From a candidate division FCPU426 bacterium (lineage in GTDB: Bacteria; Oederibacteriota; Muellerivitia; Muellerivitales; Muellerivitaceae): a DNA stretch of 64,000 bases. Position numbers and translations under genes: made by a program. The stretch spans positions 1 through 64,000 of the forward strand of contig CAVYSE010000028.1 in NCBI GenBank assembly GCA_963771075.1, written 5' to 3'. Positions within the stretch are counted from its first letter, which is position 1. Each line of letters opens with the position of its first letter. This document shows, piece by piece, positions 19,462 to 31,602 of the stretch. Under the pieces are notes generated by a model that made no database searches, had not been told where the DNA came from, and saw nothing but the letters and a program-made list of their open reading frames with translations.

Positions 19462-21057
19462 CTACAGAAGGATGAGAACTTTCATGACCTGCTGGTTATG
19501 GCTTGAACCGTTTCGCGTATCGACGACAAAGTAATAGAGGCCATTCGAGATCATGGACCGAATCTTGGTCCAGTCCAAGGAATAGGTATATGAACCTGCG
19601 GCGGTATTCAACCCGTCATCCTCAAAAACCTTGCGGAAAGCGACGGTATAGATCTTCAAGCTCACTTGTTCCTCTTGTTGGCTGTTGTTGTAGTTGAACT
19701 GCAGAGGCGCGTTCGGGTTCCCTTTATCCGGCCAGGGGTTGGGCCAGGGCAGGTTGACGATACCGGGAGTCGTTGTGACGGTGGGTGAAAGGGTGACTGT
19801 GGGTGTTGCGGTGGGGGTGGGGGTATTCGTGATGGTCGGGGTAAAGGTCGGCGTACAGGTGTGCCCCGCACCGTCCGTACAGGCAGTGGGACTAAAAGTT
19901 GGAGTCGGCGGGCAATAGGAGGGTTCGGGTGTCCCTAAAAAGTTCTTAACATCGACTCCCCAAACGGTAGTTGGCGAGAAATTTGCGGGGGAATCCGTAT
20001 AAAGGTTAGGCCAGGAATTGATGGTAAATGACCAGGCCGTACTTCCTAATATTCCAGAGGTACTGGTTAGCCATGTGAAAAAGGGTTTATCGAAACTACT
20101 CGCGTCAGCGGACTGGGTTTGCTCGTTACTACTCCCGTCCGGCCCATATTCGCCAACGAAAACCGGGTAGTTGGACAGGATCGAATTGGGAACTTCCCCG
20201 TCCCAACTACCCGAATCAAAACCATCATTGGCCCCGTAAATATGGGCGGCAAACATGACGCCATTTCCAAAGTTCGTAATGGATGATGCGGGCAGGCCAT
20301 TTAAGTTAGCGCACCAATGGAGGCCGCCCATCAAACAGATATTATTGGCACCTGTGGCACGCACCGCGTTCAGAAGCACCTGCATCCCCGGAGTGGTAAA
20401 GGTTGCATTTCCCAGGGTCCCCCCCTTCAACCAAACGGCATAACCACTCGTATCGATTCCACCTGGATTATCGTTCCCCAAATCGTAAGGCTCGTTATAA
20501 AGATCAAATAAAACCGCAGGATTATTGGCGTAGGCGGTCGCCACCGAAGCCCAAAAGGTCACCGCGTTGGCATCCGCCATCGGCTGTTGCGCGGTTGTGT
20601 GGTCGCTACCCCACCCGGTCCCACAGGGTGCCGTGGCCGTTGAAGATTCCCCGGACCAATGGAGGTCCAAAAGAACGTAAACACCTTGCCCGCTACAATA
20701 ATTAACAATGCTTTGGACGATACCTTGATAAGTGTTTTCATTAGATCCACCGCAACCAAACCAAAAATCCTGGCTCAAAGGCAGACGGATGATGGTGGAA
20801 TGCCAACCCGTGACCGCCATTTGGGCGACGCCTTGGAGGGTGCCGGGCCAGCTTCCGGATGTTGAGGAGGAAACAAATTCCAGGCCATCCACATCCACGC
20901 CATTTAAATGAACGGTACATCCCAAACTGTTGACCACTTGGTTCCCTTGCACCATCAAGGAGGCCGGTTGGCTCCAAACCTTGGGCGCCGCAACCACAAA
21001 AAGAACAATCATGGTTAACCCGAGGAGGATATAAAACCGTTTCAAAGTATTTCGCAA
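19462..21057 (-). CDS. Secreted GH5 (cellulase family) glycoside hydrolase with Thr/Pro linker and T9SS-like C-terminal domain
   Basis: IIRLPL, VLLDLHW, LFDLYNEP (acid/base), AAHIY, VFVGEYG (nucleophile); WPNP...NGLYY C-terminus. Confidence 0.88.
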   Translation of the reverse strand: MRNTLKRFYILLGLTMIVLFVVAAPKVWSQPASLMVQGNQVVNSLGCTVHLNGVDVDGLEFVSSSTSGSWPGTLQGVAQMAVTGWHSTIIRLPLSQDFWFGCGGSNENTYQGIVQSIVNYCSGQGVYVLLDLHWSGESSTATAPCGTGWGSDHTTAQQPMADANAVTFWASVATAYANNPAVLFDLYNEPYDLGNDNPGGIDTSGYAVWLKGGTLGNATFTTPGMQVLLNAVRATGANNICLMGGLHWCANLNGLPASSITNFGNGVMFAAHIYGANDGFDSGSWDGEVPNSILSNYPVFVGEYGPDGSSNEQTQSADASSFDKPFFTWLTSTSGILGSTAWSFTINSWPNLYTDSPANFSPTTVWGVDVKNFLGTPEPSYCPPTPTFSPTACTDGAGHTCTPTFTPTITNTPTPTATPTVTLSPTVTTTPGIVNLPWPNPWPDKGNPNAPLQFNYNNSQQEEQVSLKIYTVAFRKVFEDDGLNTAAGSYTYSLDWTKIRSMISNGLYYFVVDTRNGSSHNQQVMKVLILL

Positions 21058-21193
21058 AACAAATTCCTTCAGGTCGTTAGTTTGGGATCAGAAGACGGAA
21101 CAAGGCGGGCCGAATGACAATAAAACCCGTAAACTAATACCACAAAAGGAAGATACCACCAACCTTAAACCAGCTTCCAGTTTTCTCTAATGG

Positions 21194-21203
21194 AAAGCGC
21201 TTT
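21194..21203. promoter_or_regulatory. LacI-family operator-like palindrome AAAGCGCTTT
   Basis: TGGAAAGCGCTTTTAA in the divergent GH5/GT9 intergenic region. Confidence 0.7.
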
Positions 21204-21277
21204 TAAGTTCGTTTACCCTGTTCTTAAGGCGATCGAAACCGTCAAAAGCTCTCATCACGGACTTTATAATACCCGCA

Positions 21278-22177
21278 ATGACCTCTCAACCCAACCAGTT
21301 GGTCCTTACCGCCGGAAGCCTGGGCGACAGCCTCTTGACCCTTCCGGGCTTGCGTGCGCTTCAAAACCTTGGACCGGTTACAGTGGCCGGAACCCACCCT
21401 TACTCGGATCTGGGCGCGGAGTTGTTCGGCGTCAAGGAAATCATTCCAGGGGACCCCTTGCTCCAAACCCTTTTAAAGGATGAAACACCACCCAATGGGA
21501 CTATCGATTTTCTTAAGTCTTTTGATCGAATCTTTCTCTTCTTTAAAGAGAAGGATCAACCTCTCATTCAAAAAATAACCAACCTGTGCGGCCAGGTGCC
21601 ATTGGTAAACCTTCGGCCTTTCTCAGACTTCCTCCAAACTTCCCGGTGGGCCGGAGAATATTGGTTGGAAACCGCCCTTCAAACCCCAGTCAACCCGGAG
21701 TCCCCTCTCCTCCAGTCCAAATTAATGATCCAGGATCAGCATCGGGAAAAAGGTAAAAGACTTTTAAAGGATTTAGGCATGGCCTCACCCCTCATCATTC
21801 ATCCGGGTAGTGGCAGTCCTGCCAAAAACGCCCCTCTTTCCTTCTTTCAAAAGGCGGCCTTGAGGGCCGTTCAGGAATCGGGCAAGCAGGTGTTGGTTCT
21901 ATGGGGTGAGGCGGAGCGGGAAAGGTTGGGCGAGATCACGGATGGGTTCAAAAACATCCCGGGAGTTCAAGTCATGGAAGCCCCCCTTCCCTTAAGGGAC
22001 CTCGCCTGCTTGATGTCCCAGGCATCCGCCTTCCTGGGCAATGACAGCGGGGTGACCCACCTGGCTTCAGCCTGCGGGGTACGCACCTTTGCGGTTTTTT
22101 ATGCCACCGACAACCGGATCTGGGGGCCTCAGGCAAATTTCATTATTCTTAATATGTTAAAGGGAATTTTGCATTAA
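21278..22177 (+). CDS. Glycosyltransferase family 9 (ADP-heptose:LPS heptosyltransferase-like)
   Basis: LGDSLLTLP, IHPGSGSPAKN, FLGNDSGVTHLASACG. Confidence 0.88.
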   Translation: MTSQPNQLVLTAGSLGDSLLTLPGLRALQNLGPVTVAGTHPYSDLGAELFGVKEIIPGDPLLQTLLKDETPPNGTIDFLKSFDRIFLFFKEKDQPLIQKITNLCGQVPLVNLRPFSDFLQTSRWAGEYWLETALQTPVNPESPLLQSKLMIQDQHREKGKRLLKDLGMASPLIIHPGSGSPAKNAPLSFFQKAALRAVQESGKQVLVLWGEAERERLGEITDGFKNIPGVQVMEAPLPLRDLACLMSQASAFLGNDSGVTHLASACGVRTFAVFYATDNRIWGPQANFIILNMLKGILH

Positions 22178-22198
22178 CCAGGCTCCAAGCCAATCCGT

Positions 22199-24400
22199 TC
22201 AATGTTTTCCGATCTTCCCCAAAACCTCATTTGGAAGAAAATCAAATTTTTCCATGCCCGGCGTTTTCCAAAGAAGGCTGGCCGTATCCACGGGAGATCC
22301 GGTTGAATCTTGATAGAAGAAATCCAACCGGTGCCACCCCGCTTTCAAATTCCCCCTCCAAAGGGGATTGTTTCCAAACCCTTCCTCGCCCTTTTGATCC
22401 ACCTGGATCAGTCCCTGCGAAGTGGAAAAAATAGCGCCCCATATCTGGTACAAGCCTTCCTGGTCGGCCTTGAATTGACCTCGCCAATGGATGAAAAGGG
22501 GTGTTCCCGTCATCGGCAAATCCCTGAAATTAAAATTCAGGATAGGGTCCCACCGTTCCAGAAAAGGTTTTTCCTTCCCATCCCGATTATGCCGATAGAC
22601 ACCCCAAAACCCCCTTTCCAAAGTCGGCCCTGCCGGAAATTTTTCCAAGGCGCTCGCGGAAACCCGGTATATATAAAGTGGAATATTCCCCAGGGAGTCC
22701 TGGACGGTTTCGAACCATCCTCCCGGATAAAGGCTTTCCAAATAATGGAGGGTGCCACCTTTAAACTCGTCCAGCAGGAAGCAGAAAGCCGATCCCTTGG
22801 GATAATCCGAAGGCCGAGGGACGAGGTTCAATTCCAGGGGATGCATCTTGTCCCCATTGCCTTCGGACAGGTATTTCACCGTGGGGTGTCCGTAAAACCT
22901 CGAGGTTAAAAAGCATTGGGTGTCTTCCGGCAACCGGGAGATAAATCGCCCCGCCCGGGACTCCGCCCAGGAGCAATCGTTGACGCATTCGGGCAGGCGC
23001 GCCTGAATCGAAAAATAAGTTTCATAATTCTCATACCCGGCGCCCGATAGCATCACCGCCGCGCAAAACAAGAATCCCCGATTCCAAAAAGCCGAAGGTT
23101 GAATAGCCTTCCATCGATCCCAAACTCCCGCCAGCCAAAGCCCGCAAACCAAAGCCACGTAGGGAGAGGCGCCCAACAGCCTCCCGAGATTGGAGCCGCC
23201 GATGGAAAGTAGGCCGGGAAGGCACATGATTCCCACGCCTGAAAGGGCAATGAAAAAGACTTTTTCCCTTACCCGCAAAAGGGCGTTACAAAATCCCAAC
23301 ACAAAAAGCACACCCGTGATGTCGTCCAATAGGCGGTGGTGCTGAAAATTAGACTGGCTGTTTCCATCCATCATCCGATGGTTAAAAACCAGGGCCACAT
23401 CCCGGATATTTTCCCACAGGGGAAGCAGGCTGTTCTGGGCGTGAATGGGGACAAGAACCGAGACTTCGGGCTCCCGTCGGCCCAGAGCACCATTCTCGAT
23501 CATCCAAATCACCAGGGGCGAGGCCGCGAGAATAAAAACAATCCCAAACACCACCCAAACCTCCCTGTTTTTCCTGAACTTTTCTTTTTCCCAAAAGAAC
23601 TCATATAGCAGGAAGGCAGCGGCCAAGAAGGGTACCGCCTTGAAGGATTGATAGGAATAGAGCCCCGCTCCCATCGCCAGTCCCGCCGCCGCGGCGAACA
23701 GGGGCTTTTGGTTCCGTAAAGCGTAAAGCAAGGGGACCAGGGTGAGTCCCATAAAGAGGATCGTCTGGCTTTGGAAGTAAATCTGATGTGCGAAGACAAA
23801 ATTCCACCGCATGATGGCGAGGAAAAAAAACGCGAGAAGGCTGGCCCGCGGTCCCGTCAACTGCCGGAAAACCAAGTACATCAGTATGATTCCCGAGACC
23901 GAGAGAATCACGTCGAAATAGGCGAAGATTTCGGGTGAGGCCCCGAAAAACTTGAACCAGGCCGCCGCCATGTAATAAACGCAAAGTTCAGGCACATGTT
24001 GGCTGAGGGCGTCTAAAAAAGGGCGCCAATGGTCATGGAGTATCCGCAAGGCCCCGCAGGCCACCTCGGCCCGGTCGGCGAAAATCCCTTCCGGAAATCG
24101 GTTGGCGCCCTTGGCCCTCAAATAAATTCCTAATGTCAAAATCAAAAGAAAAAATACGCCCTCAACCAATGGGCCTATTCCCTCCACCGGTGGTTCCAGA
24201 TTGATTTTTCCAGGGGGGAAACTTAGGAATGAAAAAAGAACGGCGAACACAAAAAAGGCCAGGCCCAAATAAAGAGCCCAGCCGTTCCCATCCTGGGCCA
24301 AACAAAGCTGACCGATCCCGCCTAATACAAGGAAGGGCAACACCCGCCAGACGAAAGCCGCCGGAGTGGAAGGCGTACCCGCGAGCGCCCTCACCGCCAT
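22199..24400 (-). CDS. ArnT/PMT-like (GT-C) membrane glycosyltransferase with C-terminal PA14-like domain
   Basis: Many TM helices, GLYSYQSFK; C-terminal DPILNF..FIHWRGQF..G.Y..LKAGWHRL..Y..LLW pattern typical of PA14. Confidence 0.78.
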   Translation of the reverse strand: MAVRALAGTPSTPAAFVWRVLPFLVLGGIGQLCLAQDGNGWALYLGLAFFVFAVLFSFLSFPPGKINLEPPVEGIGPLVEGVFFLLILTLGIYLRAKGANRFPEGIFADRAEVACGALRILHDHWRPFLDALSQHVPELCVYYMAAAWFKFFGASPEIFAYFDVILSVSGIILMYLVFRQLTGPRASLLAFFFLAIMRWNFVFAHQIYFQSQTILFMGLTLVPLLYALRNQKPLFAAAAGLAMGAGLYSYQSFKAVPFLAAAFLLYEFFWEKEKFRKNREVWVVFGIVFILAASPLVIWMIENGALGRREPEVSVLVPIHAQNSLLPLWENIRDVALVFNHRMMDGNSQSNFQHHRLLDDITGVLFVLGFCNALLRVREKVFFIALSGVGIMCLPGLLSIGGSNLGRLLGASPYVALVCGLWLAGVWDRWKAIQPSAFWNRGFLFCAAVMLSGAGYENYETYFSIQARLPECVNDCSWAESRAGRFISRLPEDTQCFLTSRFYGHPTVKYLSEGNGDKMHPLELNLVPRPSDYPKGSAFCFLLDEFKGGTLHYLESLYPGGWFETVQDSLGNIPLYIYRVSASALEKFPAGPTLERGFWGVYRHNRDGKEKPFLERWDPILNFNFRDLPMTGTPLFIHWRGQFKADQEGLYQIWGAIFSTSQGLIQVDQKGEEGFGNNPLWRGNLKAGWHRLDFFYQDSTGSPVDTASLLWKTPGMEKFDFLPNEVLGKIGKH

Positions 24401-24405
24401 GGCGG

Positions 24406-25320
24406 TTAGGACGATTTCTTAACGGCGGATTTCCTCTTTCGGCCTTTCCCTTGGAGGGCCTGGACGAGCGCCTGTCCGATTTCGCCTGGGGTCGGGGCCA
24501 CCACGATACCCGCCGCTTCCAGGGCGGCAATCTTTCCCTTCGCCGTTCCCTTCCCGCCGGAAACGATGGCGCCCGCGTGGCCCATGCGCTTACCGGGGGG
24601 GGCGGTGGTTCCGGCGATGAAGGCCGCCACGGGTTTCTTCATGTGCTTTTTGACATAAAGGGCGGCTTCCTCCTCGGCGGTACCGCCGATTTCCCCGATC
24701 ATGATGACGGCCTGGGTTCCCTTATCCTGGTTAAAGGCCTCGAGGGCGTCCAAATGGGTGGTTCCCACGATGGGGTCGCCCCCGATACCGATACAGGTGG
24801 ACTGGCCCAGTTTGAGACGGGTCACCTGCCAAACAGCTTCGTAAGTGAGGGTTCCGGAACGGGAAACGATGCCGATCTTGCCCGTTTTATGGATGTATCC
24901 CGGCATGATGCCGACCTTGGCCACGCCAGGGGTGATGATGCCCGGGCAGTTGGGTCCGATCAGGCGGGTTTGGGGAAATTGCCTCAAGAGCCGGTTTACC
25001 TTGGCCATATCGTTGGCGGGAATGCCCTCGGTAATGCAGACCACCAGCTCGATCCCCGCGGCGGCGGCTTCCAGGATGGCGTCGGCGGCCCCCAGGGCTG
25101 GCACGAAGATCATGGAAACGTTGGCTCCCGTTTTCGAGACGGCTTCCAGGACGGTGTCGAACACCTTGAAGCCTTCGACCTCGCTGCCGCCCTTGCCCGG
25201 GGTGACGCCCCCGACCATCTTCGTCCCATATTCCCGGCAGGCCTTGGAATGGAACAGCCCGGCCGAACCCGTGATGCCCTGGCATATGACCTTGGCTTTT
25301 TTATCGAGATAAATGCTCAT
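24406..25320 (-). CDS. sucD: Succinyl-CoA synthetase alpha subunit
   Basis: [36 protein letters not shown]. Confidence 0.97.
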   Translation of the reverse strand: MSIYLDKKAKVICQGITGSAGLFHSKACREYGTKMVGGVTPGKGGSEVEGFKVFDTVLEAVSKTGANVSMIFVPALGAADAILEAAAAGIELVVCITEGIPANDMAKVNRLLRQFPQTRLIGPNCPGIITPGVAKVGIMPGYIHKTGKIGIVSRSGTLTYEAVWQVTRLKLGQSTCIGIGGDPIVGTTHLDALEAFNQDKGTQAVIMIGEIGGTAEEEAALYVKKHMKKPVAAFIAGTTAPPGKRMGHAGAIVSGGKGTAKGKIAALEAAGIVVAPTPGEIGQALVQALQGKGRKRKSAVKKSS

Positions 25321-26489
25321 GGCTTAACCCCCTTTGCGGATTCCACCACGGCCTTGGCGGCCTCGTCCATCGTGGAAGCGAACCGGTATTGAAGGTCCGA
25401 TTTGGCCAGCAGTTCCTTGCCCAGCTCCACGTTGGTCCCCTCCAGGCGGATGACCAGGGGTAGTTTCAGGCCCACTTCCTTGGCCGCCTCCAGGATGCCT
25501 TGGGCGATCACGTCGCATTTCATGATGCCCCCGAAGATGTTGACCAGGATGGCCTTCACCCGAGAATCGGAAAGGATGATCTTGAACGCCGCGGTAACGG
25601 CCTTCGCCGTCGCCCCGCCGCCCACGTCCAAAAAGTTGGCGGGTGATCCGCCGAAATGCTGGATGGCGTCCGCGGTGGCCATCGCGAGGCCCGCCCCGTT
25701 CACCAGGCAGCCGATATTGCCGTCCAGGGAGATATAGGAGAGGCCGTGACCGGCCGCCTCCAACTCGCGCGCGTCCTCCTCATCGGGGTCTCGCCACTCG
25801 GCGTATTCCTTGTGGCGGGCCAGCCCGTTGTCCTCGAAGGAAACCTTGGCGTCCAGGCAATGCAGGTCCCCTCCCTTGAGGACCACCAACGGGTTCACCT
25901 CGACGAGGGAAAGGTCCAGCTCCATGAACATTTTGAAAAGCTTCAGGAAAAGGGCTGCGCCCTGGTTGATCTTTTCCTTGGGAAGGCCCAAGGCCAGGTG
26001 CAGCTGTCGGGCCTGGTAGCCTTGAAGTCCCTCGACGGGGTCGATCACCACTTTATGGATGGCCTTCGGGTTGGTGGCGGCCAATTCCTCGATCTCGGTC
26101 CCCCCCTCGGCGGAGGCCAAAAGTACCGGGCAGCGGGAGCTACGGTCCAGCACCACGCTGACGTAAAGTTCTTTTTCGTAATCCAGGGCGGGAGTCAGGA
26201 AAACCTTTTTCACCAGTTTTCCCTGAGGCCCGGTCTGGGGGGAAACCAGGGTCATTCCCAGGATATCGCTGGTTTTTTGTTGGAGTTCCTCCTCCGTCTT
26301 GGCCAGCTTTACGCCTCCGGCCTTACCCCGGCCCCCGGCGTGGATCTGGGCCTTGACCACCCAGGGTCCCTGGGGAAATTTTTTTAGGAATTCATCGACT
26401 TCCGACAGGTGTTTGACCAGCAGGCCCGAAGTGACCGGCAATCCGTATTGGGCGAAAAGTTCCTTGGCCTGGTATTCGTGTAGTTTCAA
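25317..26489 (-). CDS. sucC: Succinyl-CoA synthetase beta subunit
   Basis: [44 protein letters not shown] start with GGAGG upstream. Confidence 0.97.
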   Translation of the reverse strand: MKLHEYQAKELFAQYGLPVTSGLLVKHLSEVDEFLKKFPQGPWVVKAQIHAGGRGKAGGVKLAKTEEELQQKTSDILGMTLVSPQTGPQGKLVKKVFLTPALDYEKELYVSVVLDRSSRCPVLLASAEGGTEIEELAATNPKAIHKVVIDPVEGLQGYQARQLHLALGLPKEKINQGAALFLKLFKMFMELDLSLVEVNPLVVLKGGDLHCLDAKVSFEDNGLARHKEYAEWRDPDEEDARELEAAGHGLSYISLDGNIGCLVNGAGLAMATADAIQHFGGSPANFLDVGGGATAKAVTAAFKIILSDSRVKAILVNIFGGIMKCDVIAQGILEAAKEVGLKLPLVIRLEGTNVELGKELLAKSDLQYRFASTMDEAAKAVVESAKGVKP

Positions 26490-26536
26490 GAAAGCGCCTC
26501 CCGCTTTATATTTAAAATCTCTAACAAAACCCAATA

Positions 26537-26653
26537 TTTACCACAGAGACACGGAGACACAGAGTAAACCCGGACAATTGGTTTAAGATTCCTTGAATTT
26601 AGAAAGGTTTTTCTCTGTGCCTCTGTGGCCGCCAAAGGCGGCCTGTGGTGAAA
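26537..26653. repeat. Intergenic inverted-repeat element with an extra hairpin in the right arm
   Basis: TTTACCACAGAGACACGGAGACACAGAG ... CTCTGTGCCTCTGT[GGCCGCC-AAA-GGCGGCC]TGTGGTGAAA. Confidence 0.75.
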
Positions 26654-26696
26654 TTAGGTATTGTTATAGTCTCTTAGAACTTACGGCAAAACCTCA

Positions 26697-26857
26697 TTTA
26701 CCCCAAAGTACAAAAACCGCATTTCAATGAAGCCTCCAAAGAACGCGGTAGGGCCCTGATTTCTTTGGAGTATTAGCCAAAGGGGGCAAAGTTCACGAAG
26801 TTAAATCCCTGGGCTTTATCAGTTTTGAATGCCCGACTTTGTGTCCTTCGTGATTTT
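26697..26857. repeat. Second, degenerate element of the same family
   Basis: TTTACCCCAAAGTACAAA and CAAAGTTCACGAAG ... CTTTGTGTCCTTCGTGA. Confidence 0.4.
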
Positions 26858-26890
26858 TGTATTAAGCGTTTAAAGGTTTCTGTTTCCACT

Positions 26891-28249
26891 TTAAGGAACC
26901 TGACTGTGGACCCTCTCCAGGATCCAGCCCCATAAATCATTCCCCACCGCGAAAAGAATCAGCGTGAACACGAGCGCGAAACCAATCTTTTGGTAAATGT
27001 CCTGGAACTTGACCGAGACGGGCTTTCGGAAGATGCCCTCCAGAACGCAAAGGACCACCTGCCCGCCGTCCACGACCCCCAAAAAGGGCAGCAAGTTCAT
27101 CAGGCAAAGGATGAGGGAAATGGTGGCCACCATGCTTATGAATTCATCCCACCCCTCCGAGGCCTTCTGGTACATGACCCGCATGATGGAGATGGGACCG
27201 CCAATGTTGTCCTTGAGCGAAATTTTACCCGTAACCATTTTTCCCAGCAGGTCCACATACATGACCGAGAAATTGACCGCGCGCGCCCAAGCCCCGACAA
27301 AAGCCTCGCCCACTCCCACCCTTTTGACGTCGAACCGGGTGGGGTCCAGGGGTGAGATCCCGATGGCCTTGCTCTTGGTCAGCCCGCTTTCAATGCGCTC
27401 GATGCTGAATTGAAGGGTCCGGTTCCCGCGCAAAACTTCTAGTTTCACGGGATCAGTGGTGGCGGTATGGATGGCGTAGGCCAGTTCGTTCCACTCCGAA
27501 ACCTTCATTCCGTTCACGCTTATGACCTGGTCGTTGGCCTGAAGTCCCGCCTTGCGTGCGGGGGTCATCAAAGCCACCGAACCGATGGTGGGCGGGCTGA
27601 AATTGAAAAAACCGAAGGAAACGTTCGGGTCTTTTTTGTCATTTTTAAGCACGAGGGTAAGGTTTTTCCCATCGCGCAGGACCGTGAGGATGGCCGTAGC
27701 CCGGGGGTCCTTGGTCATTCGGTCGTAAACGGCATCCAAGTCTGTGTAAAGATTGGCGATGTCCCTGCCGTCGGCCTTCAGCAGCCGGTCTCCCTTGTGG
27801 AATCCGCATTCATAGGCAAGGGTTTGGGGCTGGATAAAACCCAAGACCGGCTCTTCCACCGGGGTCTTGATGCCCATCAGCAGGAGGATGAACAAAAACA
27901 CGACAGCGGAAATAAAGTTCATGGCCGGGCCGGCAAGGAAGATCACCACCCTTTTCCACCAGGCCGCGTGCAAAAACTCGCCCGGTTCGGGGGCCTTCTC
28001 GTACATTTTCTCGGCCGATTCCCCGCTCAAGTCGCCGCCCTTGGGCTTGCAAAAACCCCCCAAGGGGATGGCCCGGAGGGTATAAAGGGTCGCCCCCATT
28101 TGCCTTTTGGCCAGGATGGGCCCAAACCCCAAGGCGAACTCGTCCACATCCACCTTAAAAAAACGACAGGCCAGGTAATGGCCACCCTCATGGATGAAGA
28201 TCATGAACCCCAAGGCCACGATGGCCTCAATCCAATAAACGATCGGCAT
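26891..28249 (-). CDS. rseP: RIP metalloprotease RseP with two PDZ domains
   Basis: IHEGGH (HExxH), GFGP, PLGGF, AGP.MN, NLLPF..VDGG. Confidence 0.93.
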   Translation of the reverse strand: MPIVYWIEAIVALGFMIFIHEGGHYLACRFFKVDVDEFALGFGPILAKRQMGATLYTLRAIPLGGFCKPKGGDLSGESAEKMYEKAPEPGEFLHAAWWKRVVIFLAGPAMNFISAVVFLFILLLMGIKTPVEEPVLGFIQPQTLAYECGFHKGDRLLKADGRDIANLYTDLDAVYDRMTKDPRATAILTVLRDGKNLTLVLKNDKKDPNVSFGFFNFSPPTIGSVALMTPARKAGLQANDQVISVNGMKVSEWNELAYAIHTATTDPVKLEVLRGNRTLQFSIERIESGLTKSKAIGISPLDPTRFDVKRVGVGEAFVGAWARAVNFSVMYVDLLGKMVTGKISLKDNIGGPISIMRVMYQKASEGWDEFISMVATISLILCLMNLLPFLGVVDGGQVVLCVLEGIFRKPVSVKFQDIYQKIGFALVFTLILFAVGNDLWGWILERVHSQVP

Positions 28250-28316
28250 AACACTTCTCCTTATTCAAGCATGGGTGGAAACGGACTCACACGGGATGGA
28301 AATTCCAGAGACAAGT

Positions 28317-29465
28317 TCAAATCGCCAGGGCCAGCTCACGGGCCCAACCATCGGATTTCAATATAGCATCGAGGGTGCGGTTTGTCAGGGGACGGAATTT
28401 TTTGATGGTTTTTTCAATGATTTTCGGTATCTCCACGAACCTTATTTCCTCTTTTAGGAACCGCGCGACCGCCACCTCGTTGGCCGCGTTCAGCACTGCC
28501 GGGTATTGTCCCCCTTTATTTCCAGCTTCATAGGCCAAGTCCACGCAGGGGAATTTCCGGCGGTTTGGCCTCTCGAAATGCAGCCTCTGGATGGCCGCCA
28601 GGTCCAGGCGCCCTACGGGCGAGTGGGCCCTACGGGGAAAGGTCAGGGCGTACTGGATGGGAATCTGCATGTCGGTGGTGCCCAATTGGGCCAGCACCGA
28701 GCCGTCGATGTATTCCACCATGGAATGGATGATGGACTCGGGATGGACCACGATCTCGATCTTTTCGTAGGGCATGTGGAAAAGGTAGTGGGCCTCGATG
28801 ACCTCCAGACCCTTGTTCATCAGGGTGGCGGAGTCAATGGTGATCTTGGGGCCCATGCGCCAAGTCGGGTGGTTGAGGGCCTGTCTCAGGGTGATCTTGT
28901 GGAATTGGCTTTGGTCGAGCTGGCGGAAGGGTCCGCCCGAGGCGGTCAGGAGCACCTTGTGCACTTCCCCGGGATCATGACAGCCTTGCAGGCACTGGAA
29001 TACCGCGCAATGTTCGCTGTCCACCGGTAGGATCCGGGAACCGGATTTGCGGGCGGCCTGCGTGACCACCTCCCCGGCCATGACCATGGTTTCCTTGTTG
29101 GCCAGGGCGATATCCTTGCCCCGCTGGATGGCCTCCAGGGTCGGCTTCAACCCCGCCGCGCCCACGATGGCGGTCAGCACCAGATCGGCCCCCGATTCGG
29201 CGGCCACCGCCACCAGGCCCTCTTCCCCAGCCAAGATCTGGGTGCGGCTTCCCTTGGTCAGGGTCTTCAAATCCTCGTAGCACCCTTCATCGGCGATCGC
29301 GGCCAGTTTAGGTTGGTAGGTCTTGATTTGCCGGGCCAGCTCCTTGACGTTGCGGTATGCGGAAAGCCCCACGACCTGGAAGGCGGGCTTGAGCTTCTGG
29401 ACCACCTGCAGGGCGGACAGCCCGATGGAGCCGGTGGAACCCAGGATGGCGATTTTTTTGGGCAT
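28317..29465 (-). CDS. dxr: 1-deoxy-D-xylulose-5-phosphate reductoisomerase
   Basis: ILGSTGSIG, LANKE, PVDSEH, LTASGGPF, HPTWRMGPKITIDSA. Confidence 0.97.
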   Translation of the reverse strand: MPKKIAILGSTGSIGLSALQVVQKLKPAFQVVGLSAYRNVKELARQIKTYQPKLAAIADEGCYEDLKTLTKGSRTQILAGEEGLVAVAAESGADLVLTAIVGAAGLKPTLEAIQRGKDIALANKETMVMAGEVVTQAARKSGSRILPVDSEHCAVFQCLQGCHDPGEVHKVLLTASGGPFRQLDQSQFHKITLRQALNHPTWRMGPKITIDSATLMNKGLEVIEAHYLFHMPYEKIEIVVHPESIIHSMVEYIDGSVLAQLGTTDMQIPIQYALTFPRRAHSPVGRLDLAAIQRLHFERPNRRKFPCVDLAYEAGNKGGQYPAVLNAANEVAVARFLKEEIRFVEIPKIIEKTIKKFRPLTNRTLDAILKSDGWARELALAI

Positions 29466-29488
29466 TAGGAACGAGTCCTTAGAAGCAT

Positions 29489-29649
29489 TCACCACCAAGG
29501 CACCAAGGCACCAAGAAGGCAAAAGATTTTAACATTTTTGAATTCCGTGTCATCCTCGAAGACAGGTCTGAAAACCTCAAAAACCATCAAAAACAAAAAA
29601 GCACCAAAACACTTTTATACTACTTGGTGTCTTGGTGCCTTGGTGGTGA
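29489..29649. repeat. Intergenic element with 27-bp terminal inverted repeats built from 8-mers
   Basis: TCACCACCAAGGCACCAAGGCACCAAG (29489-29515) vs CTTGGTGTCTTGGTGCCTTGGTGGTGA (29623-29649), 26/27 complementary. Confidence 0.85.
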
Positions 29650-29651
29650 TA

Positions 29652-31594
<1,943 letters not shown>

Positions 31595-31602
31595 TCAAAA
31601 TT

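Noticed and set aside
24229..25392. Long plus-strand ORFs opposite sucD, and similar ones at 36303, 45840, 48166, 51214 and 59701
   Set aside because: Antisense shadows of recognised genes, expected with GC-rich codon usage.
29466..29522. N-terminal extensions given by the ORF track for dxr (also proS, sucC, hsp20, 52500 and 8823)
   Set aside because: They run through repeats, terminators or neighbouring genes; downstream starts fit RBS position and family length better.
29489..29649. Possible CRISPR repeats
   Set aside because: Arms are inverted and single, with no direct repeat-spacer array and no cas genes.
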